Positions 36,718-51,268 are shown, numbered from the whole stretch's first letter. The stretch is DNA of 63,072 nt, filler included, from Hausera hauseri (GCA_046269625.1; 12 parts of 12 records of this genome joined end to end with filler, not necessarily neighbours in it); one strand, 5' to 3'. Numbers and translations are program-made. The notes: generated from the letters alone by a model not told the origin.

Positions 36718-37800
36718 CGTGTTGCGTTAGATAAGTCCCTGGACTCGACAAGAAAAAAGGCCAAACCTATTCAAATTTTAATGACATTTACATAACCCAA
36801 CATACACTCATTTCTCAATGTATGAACCTTTTTCCTCCACACATCTCCTCCAGCGATAAAGGAGCTCCACAAAGATATTCTCGAAGAAATTTGGAGCCAA
36901 TTTTGTCGGGATTTGCTCCACTTCCTTCTTCAGTTCTTCTGCGGATTGAAAATGGTAGCCTTTCAGATGTCGCCTGAGGTGGCGGCATAGCACGAAGTCA
37001 CTGACAGCCAGGTCCGGGCTGTATGGAGGGTGCGCCACAAGCTAGAAGCCACACTCTTCTGTTTCGTCCGAGGAGATATGTGACGTGTGAATTGAAGCCT
37101 TGTCATGCAACAGCCAGAGGGGATGTCTGGAAACTTTCGCCGACGTTTTTGTACATCAAGCATAAGCTCACTGTAGTACTGTGTGTTCGTCGTGGCTTTT
37201 CGGTCCAGGAAACGATCTTAATAATGCCGCTAATATCCCAGAGCACAAAAAGTATGGCAGCCCGTCCGTGAGATGTCCCACTGTGGAGCTTGCATGGAGC
37301 CGAATCAGACGACATTCGCCATTCAGCAGAGTCTCTCTTACTCTCAGGAACATATAGACTAGCTGGAGTCTCGTCTTCTGTAAAAATGTTTTAAAGAAAG
37401 GCATCGCAATACTTGTCGTAGAGCTTCAGGTTGGCTTTGCAGCATGCCAGGCGTTGAGGAGCCATTTCTCCACTAATTAATCTTGAAACGAAACGCGAGG
37501 AGAGTTTTCCGATGCAACAATCCTTCAGGATTGCATGAGTTGTGAAAGTACTGACAAGAAGACGTTGCGCCAGTTCACGAATGCTAATTCTGCGTTCAGA
37601 GAGGGCAATTTTCCACCACAATGCTCGTTTTTCATGGGAAATTTCATGCGGTCTTCCCACTTTTTTTAAGTGTAGTCGGACAACGTTAGGGCCCACCGAA
37701 ACTATAACATTTGTTTCGGATCAACATGTCTTGTTTTGCACTGAGTACATATCCTCATACAACCGCGGCAATCCATCTGCATTTCCATGATGTTCGCCTT
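36718..37800 (-). mobile_element. Mariner element, disrupted, 5' end truncated
   Basis: HPPYSPDLAVSDF, WRRCVEEKGSYIEK, RRISIRELA and SSRFV; TA plus TIR-like end at 36716. Confidence 0.85.
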
Positions 37801-37804
37801 TCTT

Positions 37805-39468
37805 ATATTCTAGTGTAAAATTAAAATCGGTCATGTTTTATAGTCACGTCTGGAATTGTGGTGTTATTGTTTGGTAGAGGTCTTTATCTATACCAATGCC
37901 TTATGATCAGTTCTAGTCGTGAAGTGCTTACCACACAGATACTGTTTAAAATGCAGCACATATTCTTGTAATGCCAACAGTTCTTTTCTTGTAATGCAGT
38001 AGCCTTTCTCAAAAATGAAACTGTTCTACACGCATACGCTATTACCTTTTCTTCATTTCCTATTTGTGGACTGAGTACTGCTCCGATTGCATCAAACGAT
38101 GAGTCTTTATCCAAAATAGAATTCTTCGTTGGATTTATGGAGGTTAATACTCGCGCTTTATATAGCTTCAATTTCAATAGCTTGAAGCTATCCTCACATT
38201 CTTTTGATCAAAACAACTCTATACAAGTACTCTTGCAAGCCTGATGCAACGGCACCGCAAAGACTGCGTAATTCCTGATAAATCTTCTGTATATGCTCTC
38301 ATTAAAAATGCTGTCAACGACCGCATACACTTTGGGACTGTAAAATTCCGGATCACTATTACTTTTAGCTGATTTATTGACACTTCCTGATCATTAATGG
38401 TATGTCCGAGAAATATAAACTCTGAAACACCAAATGTACATTTTTGAATTAACTTTTAGATATGCATTTTGAACCTCTTCATCACCTCTTCTAGTAGTTT
38501 GCAATGATCAAAAATTGTCTTTGAGTAAATCAGCACGTCATCGAAGTAGGTAATAACACCCGAAAACAGTAAATCTTCTAATAGTGTATTCATCAGTCGC
38601 AGAAAAGTTCCAGGAGCCATTGATAGGCCAAATTGTACTCAGTTGAAACAATATTGTTGTGATTTCGTGCAAAAGGCTGTTTTATTTTGGGAGTCTTCAT
38701 CCAATGTGACTTAATGATATGCCTTAACGAGGTCTATACTTAAAAAAAATTTGAACCGCCAAACGCGTCAAATAATGTCTGATTTTCCGGCATTGGAAAA
38801 GAAATTATCTTTGCTATTTCATGTAACTTTCTAAAATCCAAACAAATTCGGATTCTTCCATCTTTGTTTTGAGCAACCACTAAAGGCGAATTCCATTCAC
38901 TTTTGCACTTCCGAATAATATCTGCTTTCTCCAAGTATTTCAAAAATTCTTCAATTTTACCTTCCATATGTACTGACTGTAGTCTGGGGTTCAAAAAATG
39001 GGTTTACTCTCAGTTTTGATTCTGTTTGACCAGATCCGTAAACTTTAAATCGTAATCGTGTTTTATAAACACCTCATCATTGCGTTTTACAACTTACAGT
39101 AATTGACCCTCCGCGATTTCCATTTTTCCCATGATTGTCTCCACTGTGTTTCGCTCGTTCGAGATCCATTAACATCGTTTTTCATTAATTTCTTACAAAA
39201 TACCTTTAAAATATCTATTTCCCCAATAGCTTCTGGTCTGATTATATTTACTACTCTCAATTTAATCTTATGTACTTCAACATCCCACTCCACGTTGACT
39301 TTTACTTTCCCCAAACAACCATCACTTTTCGAAAAGGTTCCACTCAATATCAAAGCGCACTTAGTTAACTTAGGTTGCCATATCGCTTTCTAAATATTTT
39401 CACTGATTACTGACACCGTGGCTCCACTATCCAACAACATTTCTATTCCACACTTGTTCAGCTTGACT
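37805..39468 (-). mobile_element. pol: Ty3/gypsy pol fragment (protease-RT-RNase H), degenerate
   Basis: MLLDSGATVSVIS, WNSPLVV..DGRIRICLDFRKL, YFDDVLI and DSSFDAIGAVL..VIAYA. Confidence 0.85.
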
Positions 39469-39568
39469 NNNNNNNNNNNNNNNNNNNNNNNNNNNNNNNN
39501 NNNNNNNNNNNNTTAATTAATTAANNNNNNNNNNNNNNNNNNNNNNNNNNNNNNNNNNNNNNNNNNNN

Positions 39569-42500
39569 AGAACGCTTAACAACACTGTATCTCATACAAA
39601 ATGTATGTACACAAACTACACATGGAAAACACGAGAACATAGGATGACATTGTATTAAAATATATCTTGTGATAGGCAGTACAATACCCCCCACAGTAAC
39701 TCGGATGAATCTGTAAATAAAGATTGAAAGAAAATACCCAGAACAAACTGTTTTAATAAAGTTTTGTGCGTACGAGGCGTTGTAATTCATCGTTATATAA
39801 TTGTCTGCTATATGTGCCGAATGTGACTGATTTTCGATGTACTTTCACCGTAGTGTCCGAATGCTGGCTGGGTTTGGCAAAGAAAAACGTTTGTTTTAGT
39901 ATGATTGGATGTTGTGTCTGGGTAAGGTAATACAGAAGATGGAGAAGAGATGATTGGAGGTAAATTATTCCAGTTTTCTGCTATAGTTTTAGAAGTTAAT
40001 AAGTTGGGAGGTGAAGTAGAAATAGGCGAGGTATAGAAATAGGGTGTGGAGCAGAATAGGGGTAAAAGTACGAGTAGAGTGTAATGCAGACATGGGGGTA
40101 GAAGTGGGATTTGTAGGTGACGATGTAGGCAGAGAAATAGGAGCAGAGGAATGATGTGTGGTAGACTGGGAAATTGAAGTAGGGGTAGAGGTGGGTACAG
40201 GGGTGAGGAATGAAGTTGATACTTTAGTTGGTAAGGTATCATTGACGTAAAAAGCCGGTTTTAAATTATTTATATGCACTACAACTTTTTTCCGTTTTTA
40301 AGGATAATAGAATTGTGTGAATGTAACTGCACTAATTTATAGGGTCCTAAGTACTGTCGCTGGAAATCACACAGTGTCTGGTTTTTTAGCCATACAAACT
40401 TTGCCGAGTATAAGTCTTCAGGTATGTACGATTTGTCGTTATGTAAAAGTCTGCAAAACGAATCCTTGCTGATTGTGACGAATTGATCCTGTGCTGCTCG
40501 TATTCTCTCGTCTGTAGGGATCTCTTCCAGAGTGGTTATTTTAAACAGTGACCGTACAGGGGTTCCGAATAAAGCTTCCGTTGGTGAGCATCCTGTGGAA
40601 GTAGACGGGGTGTTCCTCCATCCAAGCAGAACAAAGGGAAAAAGAGAAGTCCAATTGGTGTTGGATTGTACAAGTATTCTAAGCGATGTTTTCAATGTTT
40701 GGTAGAAGCGTTCGAAAAGGCCGTTCGATTGGGGATGATAAGGTGTTGTATGAATGTGGTTTATTCCCAACTGGTTGACTAGGGATTTAAACAAATTTGA
40801 CTCGAATTGCGGACCTTGGTCTGAGATGATATAACGAGAAGTCCCGAACCTACTAATCCACGTACGGATTAAAGTATCGGCTATAATGTCAGTGTTTGTT
40901 CTCCGCAGTGGGATGGCTTCCGGCCATCGTGAGGAACGTCCATCATGCTCAGAATAAATTGGTGCCCGTTGTTTATTGTAAAAGGACTGGCGATATCAAT
41001 ATGTAGTGTTTCAAAGATTGATGTGCAAGGGAAGTGGTATAATAGTGGTTTTAAGTGTTTTATGGTTTTATATTTCTGACAAGCCACGCACTATTTAACC
41101 AATGCTTGCACATCGGAGCGCATGGACGCCCAAACTACCTGACGATGAAGTAAGCGAAAAGTTGCCTTGTCACCAGATGATGTAATGACTGTATACTATC
41201 AAATGCTTATCTGTGTAAAGATGGGGCAAGAATTATTTTAGAACTTCCTGGTTTGGAAGTATCTAAGGCCACGCCATTAACGATGTGGTGAGACTTGAAC
41301 GACTTTAGAATGTCTTGGGATGGCTGATTTTCTTGCAGTTTTGTCTGAGTAAAAATTGGCGAAAAATTGATTGAACCGACTGATCTAAATAGGAAACCGG
41401 CAACTAGATTGTCAACACCGCCAATGTGTTTAATGTCAAAGTTTAACGTAGATAAATATGAAATTTGTCGTTCTTGTCGAGTTAAAAAATGTTTCATTGC
41501 TATTATATTAACCAACGGTTTGTGATCAGTCTGTATAACAAAATGACTAACTGTAAGTAAGTGAGAAGTGTCTTAAAGCGAGGACTATTGCCAGAAGTTC
41601 CCGGTCGAAAGTTGAATATCTAGTTCCAGGCGGCGTTAATTTTCGGGAAAAGAATTCTAAGGGATGATTTTCGCCTTTATATAACTGGTGTAGTACGGCG
41701 CCTACTGCGATGTTTGATGCATCTGTTGTCAAAATTAGCTCAGCATCAGGTTTAGGAAATAATAGTATTTCAACGGTCTTTAGTCCTTCGCGTAGTCTAT
41801 CAAACTTATTAACCAGTTGTGGTGTCCACATGATTTTCTGGTGTTTCACCTCCGCTTAAGTGTGCAAAAGCTGCCGTGAGTTCTAAACAATATGGGATAT
41901 ATTTGTGGGCAAAATTCAAGGTACCAAGAAAACTGCGCATTTTAGTGGTTGTCTTGGGTAGATGGGCGTTTTTAAGAGTCTGAACTCGATCAGGCTGAGG
42001 CAAATGGCCCCTTAAGGAAAAAATATGTCTAAGAAAATTAACGCGTTTTCGGAAAAAGTTACATTTCGCAAAATTGATCTGTAGTTTGACCTGATTAAGT
42101 CGTTGGAAGATAGATCGTAGGTGTTCCTCGTGTTGTTTAACAGAAGAAGATGCAACGAATATATTGTCAATATATGGATGCGCAAAAGAGAAGTCTGAAA
42201 GGATTGAGTCGACATGTCGCTGAAAAGTCTGCGCAGCGTTTCGGAGGCCGAAATGCATGTACAAATACTCATAAAGACCGAAAGATGTGGTAACTGCAGT
42301 TTTCTCGATGTCTCTCGGTGATACAGGAATTTGGTGGTAAGCTTTGGCTAAATCATTTGTTGAATAGATTGTAGTAGTATTAAGCCGATGTAATATGTCT
42401 TTGATTAATGGTAGTGGATATGCATCCATTATGGTTGAAGTATTAAAATGGCGGTAATCGCCGCATGGTCGGAAGTATCCATCTTTTTTGGACAACGTGG

Positions 42501-44626
42501 AGAGGCGAAGACCACGGGGATTTACTTCTGTGTACAATACCTGATTGTTCGAGTTCAAAAAATTCCGCCTCTACTGCATACCTGCGGCGCGGTGACGATG
42601 GACTGACTTTTTTCGAATTAATCTTTGGTGTCGTGTAATTATATGCTGGTAAATGCCGTTTACAGGAGTGGAATTCCGATCTTTCTGAAGTATACGAGAG
42701 CAAGAAGTATAGATGAATTGTTGTAAACTTACGGGTAGTTGCAGGAATATGGGTAGTGACAATGAATCGATGTTGATAGCAGCACTTGGTGAATGTTGGT
42801 TGATTGTTAGTGGAAAACCGAGTGGAGTTTGGTACAGAATTGTCGTGTCTGAGACCTTATTTGAGTAAGTCTTATTGTACAGTGTTTTTACTGAAGATAC
42901 AATATCGTGAGTGATGACATTGAGCTGTGACTGATTATCGACATTCCCCTTTGAAAGCTTACAAGGTAAAACGTGATAGTTAAGAGAATCAGGGTGTTGT
43001 GTTGACTGTTTTAAGATTGTTTGCCTACTTACCGTTGGCTATGCTGTCGTCGGGATGCCTGCTATTCCTATATTACAGTCTTCAGGTGTATTTTATTTCA
43101 GGCATCGTTGGTTACAATCGACTAGCAAATAATAGCGCAACAGGAAATCGGAACCAAGTATTGCCCTCTGGACGTTAACGACTGTAAACATCCTATGAAA
43201 TGGTGAGGAAAATTTTGGGAGAGTGAAAGAAAATTTGAACATTTCGGCAATATAATGAGGTTGACAAGAGGCGGTGTATGAAGGTTTTGTTTTAAGTGGA
43301 GAATAATGAACTGGAAAAGAAAGTGGTAGTAATGAGATCGCTGCACCAGTATGGACAAAAAAGTCTATGGAGTGAATGTTAGAAGTAGAGATAGCAGCTT
43401 TTAGTGTAAAGATTGCAAATGAAGTGTATCGGCAAGAAGAATTGGTAAAGTTACCTCTGCCAGAATCTGTCGTGAATACTGGCGGCGGAATCAGTTTTTT
43501 GGGATTGTTGAGATGGGGCGATTAATGTTAGAGAAACTGGGACGTCTATCAGTGGTATAGTTATGGTTAGTTTTATAGTGGCAGCCTGAAATACAGTTTT
43601 GAGCATTTGATCCAAATTTTGCATGATAGATGCAAACAATGTTATCTGAGTGTAGATGCGAGGAATAATATCTACAGCATTTATTTGCTTTGTTATTAAT
43701 TTTGTTACGATAATAACATAAATGACCGCGTTGGTTACGGTGTTCGATTTCTTGAGACAGAACGCGTTCGATGGGGAGGAAGCATTCCGTCGATGTGATG
43801 AAAGGTCATTCAGCTTATCATTGATTTTATTGATTGTAAGTAGTAGTGCCGCATTTTAGGCGCATAATTGGTTCAATTGGTGTTCGATAGATATATGTTG
43901 TTGACTATCGTCGGTCGTAATTGCGGCTGATATGATGGGTTGTGATTGATTTGTAAAACTTCGTGTGATTTATCGGCCAATTCAGCTAGTTTATCTAAAG
44001 CTGTAGAATCCTCATCAACAGTAAGCAAAGCCCTAATTTGGATGGATAAAGCGTTAAGAACATATCTGCGGAGTAAATCTGGATTGTGTTCCTTGGTGAC
44101 ACCCAGGGTACGTAAGTGGACCAACGAGATGTGCAAGAAATCAATAGTTTTTTGTGTCCCCATTGCATTTTAATTAAAGAATCTTTGTATTAGCGAGTCA
44201 ATTGGTGGTTTTGTTAGTTTTAATACAGCATTGAACAATTGCATATAAGGGTGAGGATGTTGAAAGATATCCAGTAAGTTATGAATTGAGGTCTTTATAA
44301 AGTTTGGTAGAAGGTAGTGTAGATTATTGGCTTTGGTTAATGAACCGGTAATGCCGTTGGATTGAAGCCAAAGTTGATGGAAGTGGAGCCAAGTCTTACT
44401 AGAGTTTTCATTGTCTGTAAAGTATTCAGAGCAATGTGAAGGTGTAATTGTAGGGGTTTTGTGAGAAAAGCTAGTATCGGTTAAAGGAGTTAGATGGTTT
44501 GATTTTGGATAGTAGACAATGGATTTGGGTTTTGTGGTCACCTTAACTGTGATGTCGTTGGTTGGTGAAAAAATCATACCTCCGCAGATTCTAGCGTGGA
44601 TGTGAATACAGAGGTTGTATTGTGAG
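39569..44626 (-). mobile_element. Ty3/gypsy element (gag-PR-RT-RH-IN), near complete and disrupted, with PPT and 3' LTR start at ~39682
   Basis: Gag with LAELADK and CIYHAKF, RPCGDYR, YIDNI, TTDASN..LEFFSRKL, TTPYHPQSNGLFER, and an S/T/P-rich integrase tail. GGGGGG precedes TGTACTGCC. Confidence 0.9.
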
Positions 44627-44740
44627 TGTGGTGCCCACAGAGGCCGGCGCCCTCTGGCCCAATTGGTTGGACACGACCGGGCCTCCGCTGCCGCCGCGTC
44701 GGACCTATAGGCGGGTCTCGATCTTCCGCCTCTAAAATTT
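44627..44740. repeat. GC-rich repeat, probable LTR terminus (copy at 3928-4011)
   Basis: On the minus strand it ends GGCACCACA directly before the gag leader, complementary in style to the TGTA(C/G)TGCC LTR starts. Confidence 0.55.
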
Positions 44741-45042
44741 CCGCGGAACAATGCATAAACAGACATTTTATTGGATTACCTGCAAAATATTCGGTATTAT
44801 TTTTTTTATTCATACTTGAAATTGTTTCACACATGGTTGCCGACAAGCCTAATGAATGTTGTTGATAGATCATTTAAATGTTAAACCGCAAATTTATGAA
44901 ACTGTAGTCACACATCAGTGATTTCTACACATTGATCGTTTAAATTCGGATGAAGAATTTTTCAGTGAGTAATGCTTTATCCGTAAATGTATCTTAAATG
45001 CCGGTACTTTGTCAAAATTGTACTAAGAAGCTTCAGTTTCAG

Positions 45043-46300
45043 GCGAGCATATAGAGATAGCTCCTACTTACTCCCACACCAACGCAACACTGTTATGTGA
45101 GATTAATGATATTAATGACGACGTAACCAACGTCTTTTTGAACTGCCCACTGCAAGCAAGTTTAAGCTACATAAATTGCCAACCATATGGATCCATATTG
45201 GACATGGAAGTCGTATCCGATTGCACAATGTTAAGAAATACGCCGAATCACGTCCAGTATGCCTGGACGTTGAATGTGGCGAAGATTAACGTTACGGGAA
45301 TCTGGCGCTGCCAAGTCAGAAATACCCTGTCGAACGTTGTTTCGATAGAAAGGTCCAAACCGAAATCCAAAGATTATAAGAGATTGAGTACTCCCAAAGT
45401 AGTTACCGACCCAATATCGATAAGTACGTTGACGTCGGTTGTGAAAAGTACAAAGCCGATGTCATTTGTCAACAGTAATCAGTTGCAACAATTTTCATCA
45501 CAATAATATTTGGGCAACACTCGTCAATCCGAACATTCTCTTAATTCTCGTATGTGCTCTCATAGTCTCCGTCATGTTCAATGTTGTCTGCATCAGTTAC
45601 TGTTCCCTCCAGAAAAGTCTACTCGTAGAGGTCAAATCTGATTCGGAATCAAATCCGTGTTTGCATCGATGTTTCTGTATCACTGCATCAAGAAAATCAG
45701 TCTTTTCCGAAATAAAGAACATCCATTATCGTAATTCTCCGAATGCATTTTCCGGCTATCATCGAGAAGAAACGTACGACGAAATGAGTTCAGAATTCCA
45801 TTCAGATCGCCATTTGATAAACAGCGTCATCACTAGTGACTTCGATCGAGTCGGTATCAGCTCGTAAAATATGGGCAACTGACCCATCGACGGGAATGAA
45901 GCATTATTCCACGCCGACGAGTCCAGATTAGGATATAAGTAAGTACGTGATTGTCACCGTTCCCTTTTGTGACAAAGGACACACTTAACCGTGTTCGCTA
46001 TCCAGCGCGAAGTTGACAATGAACTCCCAGCAGACTTGCGTGGCCGACATTTCGTCCCACTCGGCATCTCATGATATTTTGCATTCGGATAATTTACCTG
46101 ATAACGAAACTGCCATCTATTCACAACCGATTAAAAATCGATTGAAAACAGCCGACTTCAGTAAGGATCCGATGATGCAAGATTATCGCTCAAACTCGTT
46201 GATAACACCCGACAACTATCCAATAGACCTCGAATCATCGAAGCAACAAAATAGATCTGAGTCACATCAATATGGCAACGAGCTGGGCCAATCCAATTAG
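45043..46300 (+). CDS. Ig-like domain single-pass membrane protein, partial and possibly disrupted
   Basis: Phase-1 acceptor at 45042; ATLLCEI...GIWRCQV Cys pair; S/T-rich stalk; TM ILLILVCALIVSVMFNVVCI; cytoplasmic Tyr motifs; intron 45939-46005. The frame change near 45500 is unresolved. Confidence 0.6.
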
Positions 46301-47017
46301 CAAATTGGATTTCATTGAGAATCATTCCACAGTCACGCCAGTTTCGGATAAATATTCATTTTAAGTATTTAAAACTTACTCAACATTTTCTATACCATGT
46401 TATACGTTCTTCATTGACTCTAAGAATATCATTGTTTATTGAAGCTGCTATAAAAAGGATGAAGAAGGGTGAAAAGTCACTAATTACATTTGCACCATTG
46501 TATGCATTTGGTTCGTCTGGATCTGAAAAATAAGTGGTAAATTTTCGCAGTATACAAATATNNNNNNNNNNTAACCAGAGTTATATTGAAAGTTCAACAG
46601 ATATTTCAGAATTTTTGACATTTGTGGTTGAAATTTTGTGAAACAGTACACAATTTACTATCAGACTATATGAGATGATTGAAGAAATGAGCCGTTTAAA
46701 ATTTCAGCTACCTTTCCAGTGACATATTTGATCTTGTATTTTTATGAAAAATATTTGAAATTATAAATTTGTTTAAATAATACAGGCTTTTTCAACCTTT
46801 TGAATTTAAATTGTCACCTCCATTTTAGAAATTTTCATGCAATTGATTTTTAGTTTTGTTTAGTTTTTTTTATAACGCTTGTTGTCTACAGCTTTTGTTC
46901 TCTATCGATGGATATTTNNNNNNNNNNNNNNNNNNNNNNNNNNNNNNNNNNNNNNNNNNNNTTAATTAATTAANNNNNNNNNNNNNNNNNNNNNNNNNNN
47001 NNNNNNNNNNNNNNNNN

Positions 47018-50000
47018 ATACAAAACATAACAATAAAGGTTTATTTACACTAATGACATAAGTTGAAATAAATTTGAACGTGCAATACTATATCAGTCAA
47101 GAGTTATATACAATGGCTATAAAATAAGGAGTGTCAGTAGTTGTGTAAGATAAGGAACGTCAGTGATTAGAAGTAAAGATTATAACAATATACAGAACTA
47201 AATGGTTATACTAAAATACACAAGCACATAAAAGTTTGCGAGGTATCTAAATACGATCTCGCGATGCATGATGGCGAGTAAGCGTTCACGATCGAAGGAG
47301 ATAATCATTAGATTACGTATCAGAATGCCATTGATCGTTAGGTTTGAATGTGTGTTTCTGGGTGTACATCTGGTCGTCGCATCATGATGGAGACTGCCTC
47401 ATAGGTTCGGTTTGAAAGCCCAGTTATGAAGGGAGTTTCCTCATATGTGCCATGAACGTAGTTTACGTCAAATAGGTAGGTTTCGTTGTCGAAATTTTTA
47501 TTTAGGAAGGTTTCCAATAAGAGAAATCGTTTGAATACTATTGCAGGATGTAGTGGAGTACTGCGTAATTGTGGTTGGAAAATAGCTTAAAATACTTTTC
47601 TGTAGTAGGCATAATCGAATATTAGTGTTGCAGATTTATGTCGACCATGGCGTATAGCGAGTAGTAAGGGAATATCTCCATTAAAGTTAGGTAAATGTAA
47701 TGGTGTATGTGACAGAATGAGCATGAGTATAAAGAAGTCATGACATTCGTTCATAACGGCTAGGTGGTCGATGGCGTTACCATTCATGTCTTGGAACTTC
47801 AGTGCTTCGGCGGCTTCACTGTCTAGTTGAGTTATTCCTTTTCTGGATCTTTCATCATTTCTTGATATTACTGCTAGCATTAATGGGGTTGTTCAGGCAT
47901 TGTTTACTTTTGCCATAAGTGTGTGTATCATCCAACAGTTAATCATAAAGGATTCTGTTTGACCCTTATCTATTAGCGCTTCGCCATAACTCTTGAATAG
48001 TCCCAGATATCTATCGGCCAGTTTGACAATTCTTTTCGGCGGTTCATTTGTTATTAATTCCCGGAAGATGCTTCAGAGAAGATTAATTGTGTCCGCTTTT
48101 GGAAATAATAATGATTTTCCTAGTAAGAACGAGTGATAAGGACACGTTCTCTACGGCTTCCGACGAATAAAGGTTGATATTTAATTTTATCTCCATACAT
48201 TATGCTTTCCTCGTGGGTTAACTGGTATTTTTCTATTAATAGGTTGAATGACCGAAGACAACGTATTATTTGCAATGTAGAATGGGTTTCTAGTCTGTCT
48301 TTTAATAGTAATTCATGTTTTGGATATATGGGTTCATTACTTGTTATTCCACTTATATTATTCCAGGTTCCTATCATAATACTGATAGGTAGTAACCATA
48401 TAGGTTGTAAATTTATTTCCATTGAAATTTGTTTAAGTAGGTAAAATCGTTCATAATACACTCTGGTTCAAAAATCCCTCAACGGGCAGGATAGTAAATT
48501 ATTGGCTGGAATTTTATAAGAAGTATATAGGATGCTGGCTATCAAAAGTAATTGATATTTATAATCTGATTCTTTGAAGATTATTCCAGTTTCCTGTTTT
48601 AAAAGTTCAAAGTATGGTTTGTATAAGACAATATATAATTTCATGAAATTTGTTCGGTTATCTTTGGATAATTGATCTATACTGCCTCCTAATAATAAAC
48701 AATTAATAATATCCCTGAACCATTCACAAGGAGTTTCCCCAAATATATGAAGCACGATGGTATGGTAGTGATCATAAGGCATAGTGATAGGTTGGTTGTC
48801 TTTTGATTCGATGTAATATAACCATTGTTCGGTCATATTTGCTATAAGGAATAGCTTCTTTATAGTGCTCGAGATACTTTGGTNNNNNNNNNNCCAAGGG
48901 GCATATTTCTAATGAATCGATAATGGGATGGTGTAGGGTTTGATATACCAATCTATGTAATACTCGATTTAATTCTTCTGGCACCGACGGGAGGCTGCTT
49001 TGGTTTATTCTTAGAGTGTTTACTATCCTGAAGTAAGGAATTATCTGGTTAACCATCTTATAATTGTATTCTCCTAGGGGGTCTACTACGCCTGCAACGA
49101 TGGATAGGATTGTATTAGTTTCAGGAGTTGTCATTTTTGGTGTTATGTTAAGGTCCTCTTGTATTGCTTCTATTAAGTCCGACGAAATTAGCCATTTAAT
49201 TCTATACTTTTCCCATTCGTTTCCGTTTCTGTTAAATTCACCCATAGCTTTTTGTATCGGTTCTAGTAATTCTTTCCATTCTTCAGTATCAGAATAGTCT
49301 TTCTGAAATATCTATTTAGGACAGTAATATTTTCGTTTCTTTGGAGAAAGGTGATGTTGAAATTCGGTAATTTTCCAGCCTTTGAATTAGTTTGGGTATG
49401 GTATTCCTTTTTTATATGAGAAAAGCAGTCGTGGTTTACCTTCCATTTTTGGTATTCTCTCACTATTCGTACTAAATTAGAATAATCGTCGCTAGGTTTT
49501 ACCCTTTGGTAGTATTGTTCTTCAGATAATTGTCCATCAAATAATTGTTCAATGAGACATTTCGGATGGAACCCGATTCGACCACATTATGCAATATTTC
49601 ATCCAGTAATTTTCTATCTTCTATTGAATATCTCGGCATGTTTAATAATTTGAAAGCTGTTAATTAGGGTGAGTTTTCTTCATTCTCCAGAATGTTCTTA
49701 CTATGAATAAAATCTTCACGTTCCTTTTTAAAAGGCTTAGCTATCTCTTGATCGTCGTCCAGCATACAAAATAGTAATCTGTAACGCAAAGCATTTAGAT
49801 TACCGGACAATCTTCTGATGTTTACTTGTTCCAATTGATTAATATCTTCGTTATCTTCTTTAGTTAGAGGTGTATCTCTGTTTCAATGTAAATAGTTATT
49901 TTGTGGTACTTGAGATTCTTCCTTTTCCATTTCCTCCATTTCTTCTTTGTTTATTTCATCATTTATTGCCATTAATGTGTATGTTAACCAACAATTTATC

Positions 50001-51268
50001 ACAAATGAATTGGTTACTTTCTTGTTTACAAATTCTCCGCCAAAATTTGTGAACAGTCCGATGCATATTTCTCCTAATTTCTTGGCTCTTTCTTGAGATA
50101 ATTAGTCATCACATAATGGAGAGGTTTGTTTTAACAGGGCAAGTGTAGTTACAAGAGGGATTCGCGGTACTTCTTCTCTTAAAAAATGGGTAAGAAAAAT
50201 TCGTTCTCGTGGGCTTCCTATCAACAGGGGTTTGTATCTCATCACATCCCCGTAGGAAAAATAATCAACTGTTAACACCATTTTGGTGTAAACATTTTCA
50301 TTGTCATGCGTTAATTCACAGCTTTGCAGGTCCAAATCAAAGGTACGGGCGCAGCGTATTAGTTCTGATGGAGAATGCGTATGAAAGATTTAATTTGTTA
50401 TGGGTTGTGTTTTGCAGATTTCCTTTAGAGTCTCTGCTAATTTTCGACAGTCTGAGTATTCGTCTTCGGTTGGATAATGTAAGAGGATTCCGGCGAGGTT
50501 TCTGTATTATTTACGGGAGATTTATTTGATACTCAATATGTGTCGTTAAGTGTTTTGGGTTTTCTTTTATTGAAATGTCCATTCCAACTGAATGTTGGAG
50601 TACGTATTATCTTCCAAGATCTATTCGTCTCCTTGTCATCACTAGAAAGTGTACCGAACATAAATAATGAAAATATCCATAGTAATATTGAGATCATTTG
50701 GGATTCAGGTGTTGCAATGTGGTCTTATCTGCATTTGCTATATTAATCATGGATATAAAACATAATCCCATAAAAAATAACGTTCCTAATGAGAATGAAG
50801 AATAACCTTTTATTCCTGAGGATTCTCATTTTTTATGATTCTCTTGAAGGTCTTGAATATGCATGACTCTTGTCTCGTTTGCAATTTTGTCCAGGTATTT
50901 AATACTATTACCTGCAAACTGTAGTTGATCGATTTTCATCCATTGTTCTGGAGAGAGGTTGTTATCTAGGGATTGTCTCATTATTCTGTTCCAAGCTCCC
51001 TCTGCTTCTGCTACTCCATTAATGAGTTCTCGGCATCCTATATTTAGATTATGGTGTTTATAGATTTCTAACGCTCGGCTGGCGACTATATATTCGTGAT
51101 ATAGGGATTTTCATGGGCTGGCTAGATCGTGCATTGTGTAATATACCTCTTTACAACTTATCTTTATTAGAAGCTTACCCAGTGGGGTCAGTGCATTGAA
51201 ATCCAATTTTAAATCTTCCAAAATTAATTTTATTATGGGCCCATATTGTTCATCTGTTATCCCGAATT
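47018..51268 (-). pseudogene. Degenerate intronless multi-ORF region with C-terminal ankyrin repeats and an internally duplicated domain; possible LTR at 47018-47400
   Basis: TPLMLAV, GNAIDHLAV and NGDIPLLLAIRHGRHKSATL (ankyrin-like). YGDKIKYQPLFVGSRRERVLIT resembles YGDVMRYKPLLIGSPRERIFLT. Minus-strand TATATAA and AATAAA lie near 47040-47110. Confidence 0.5.
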
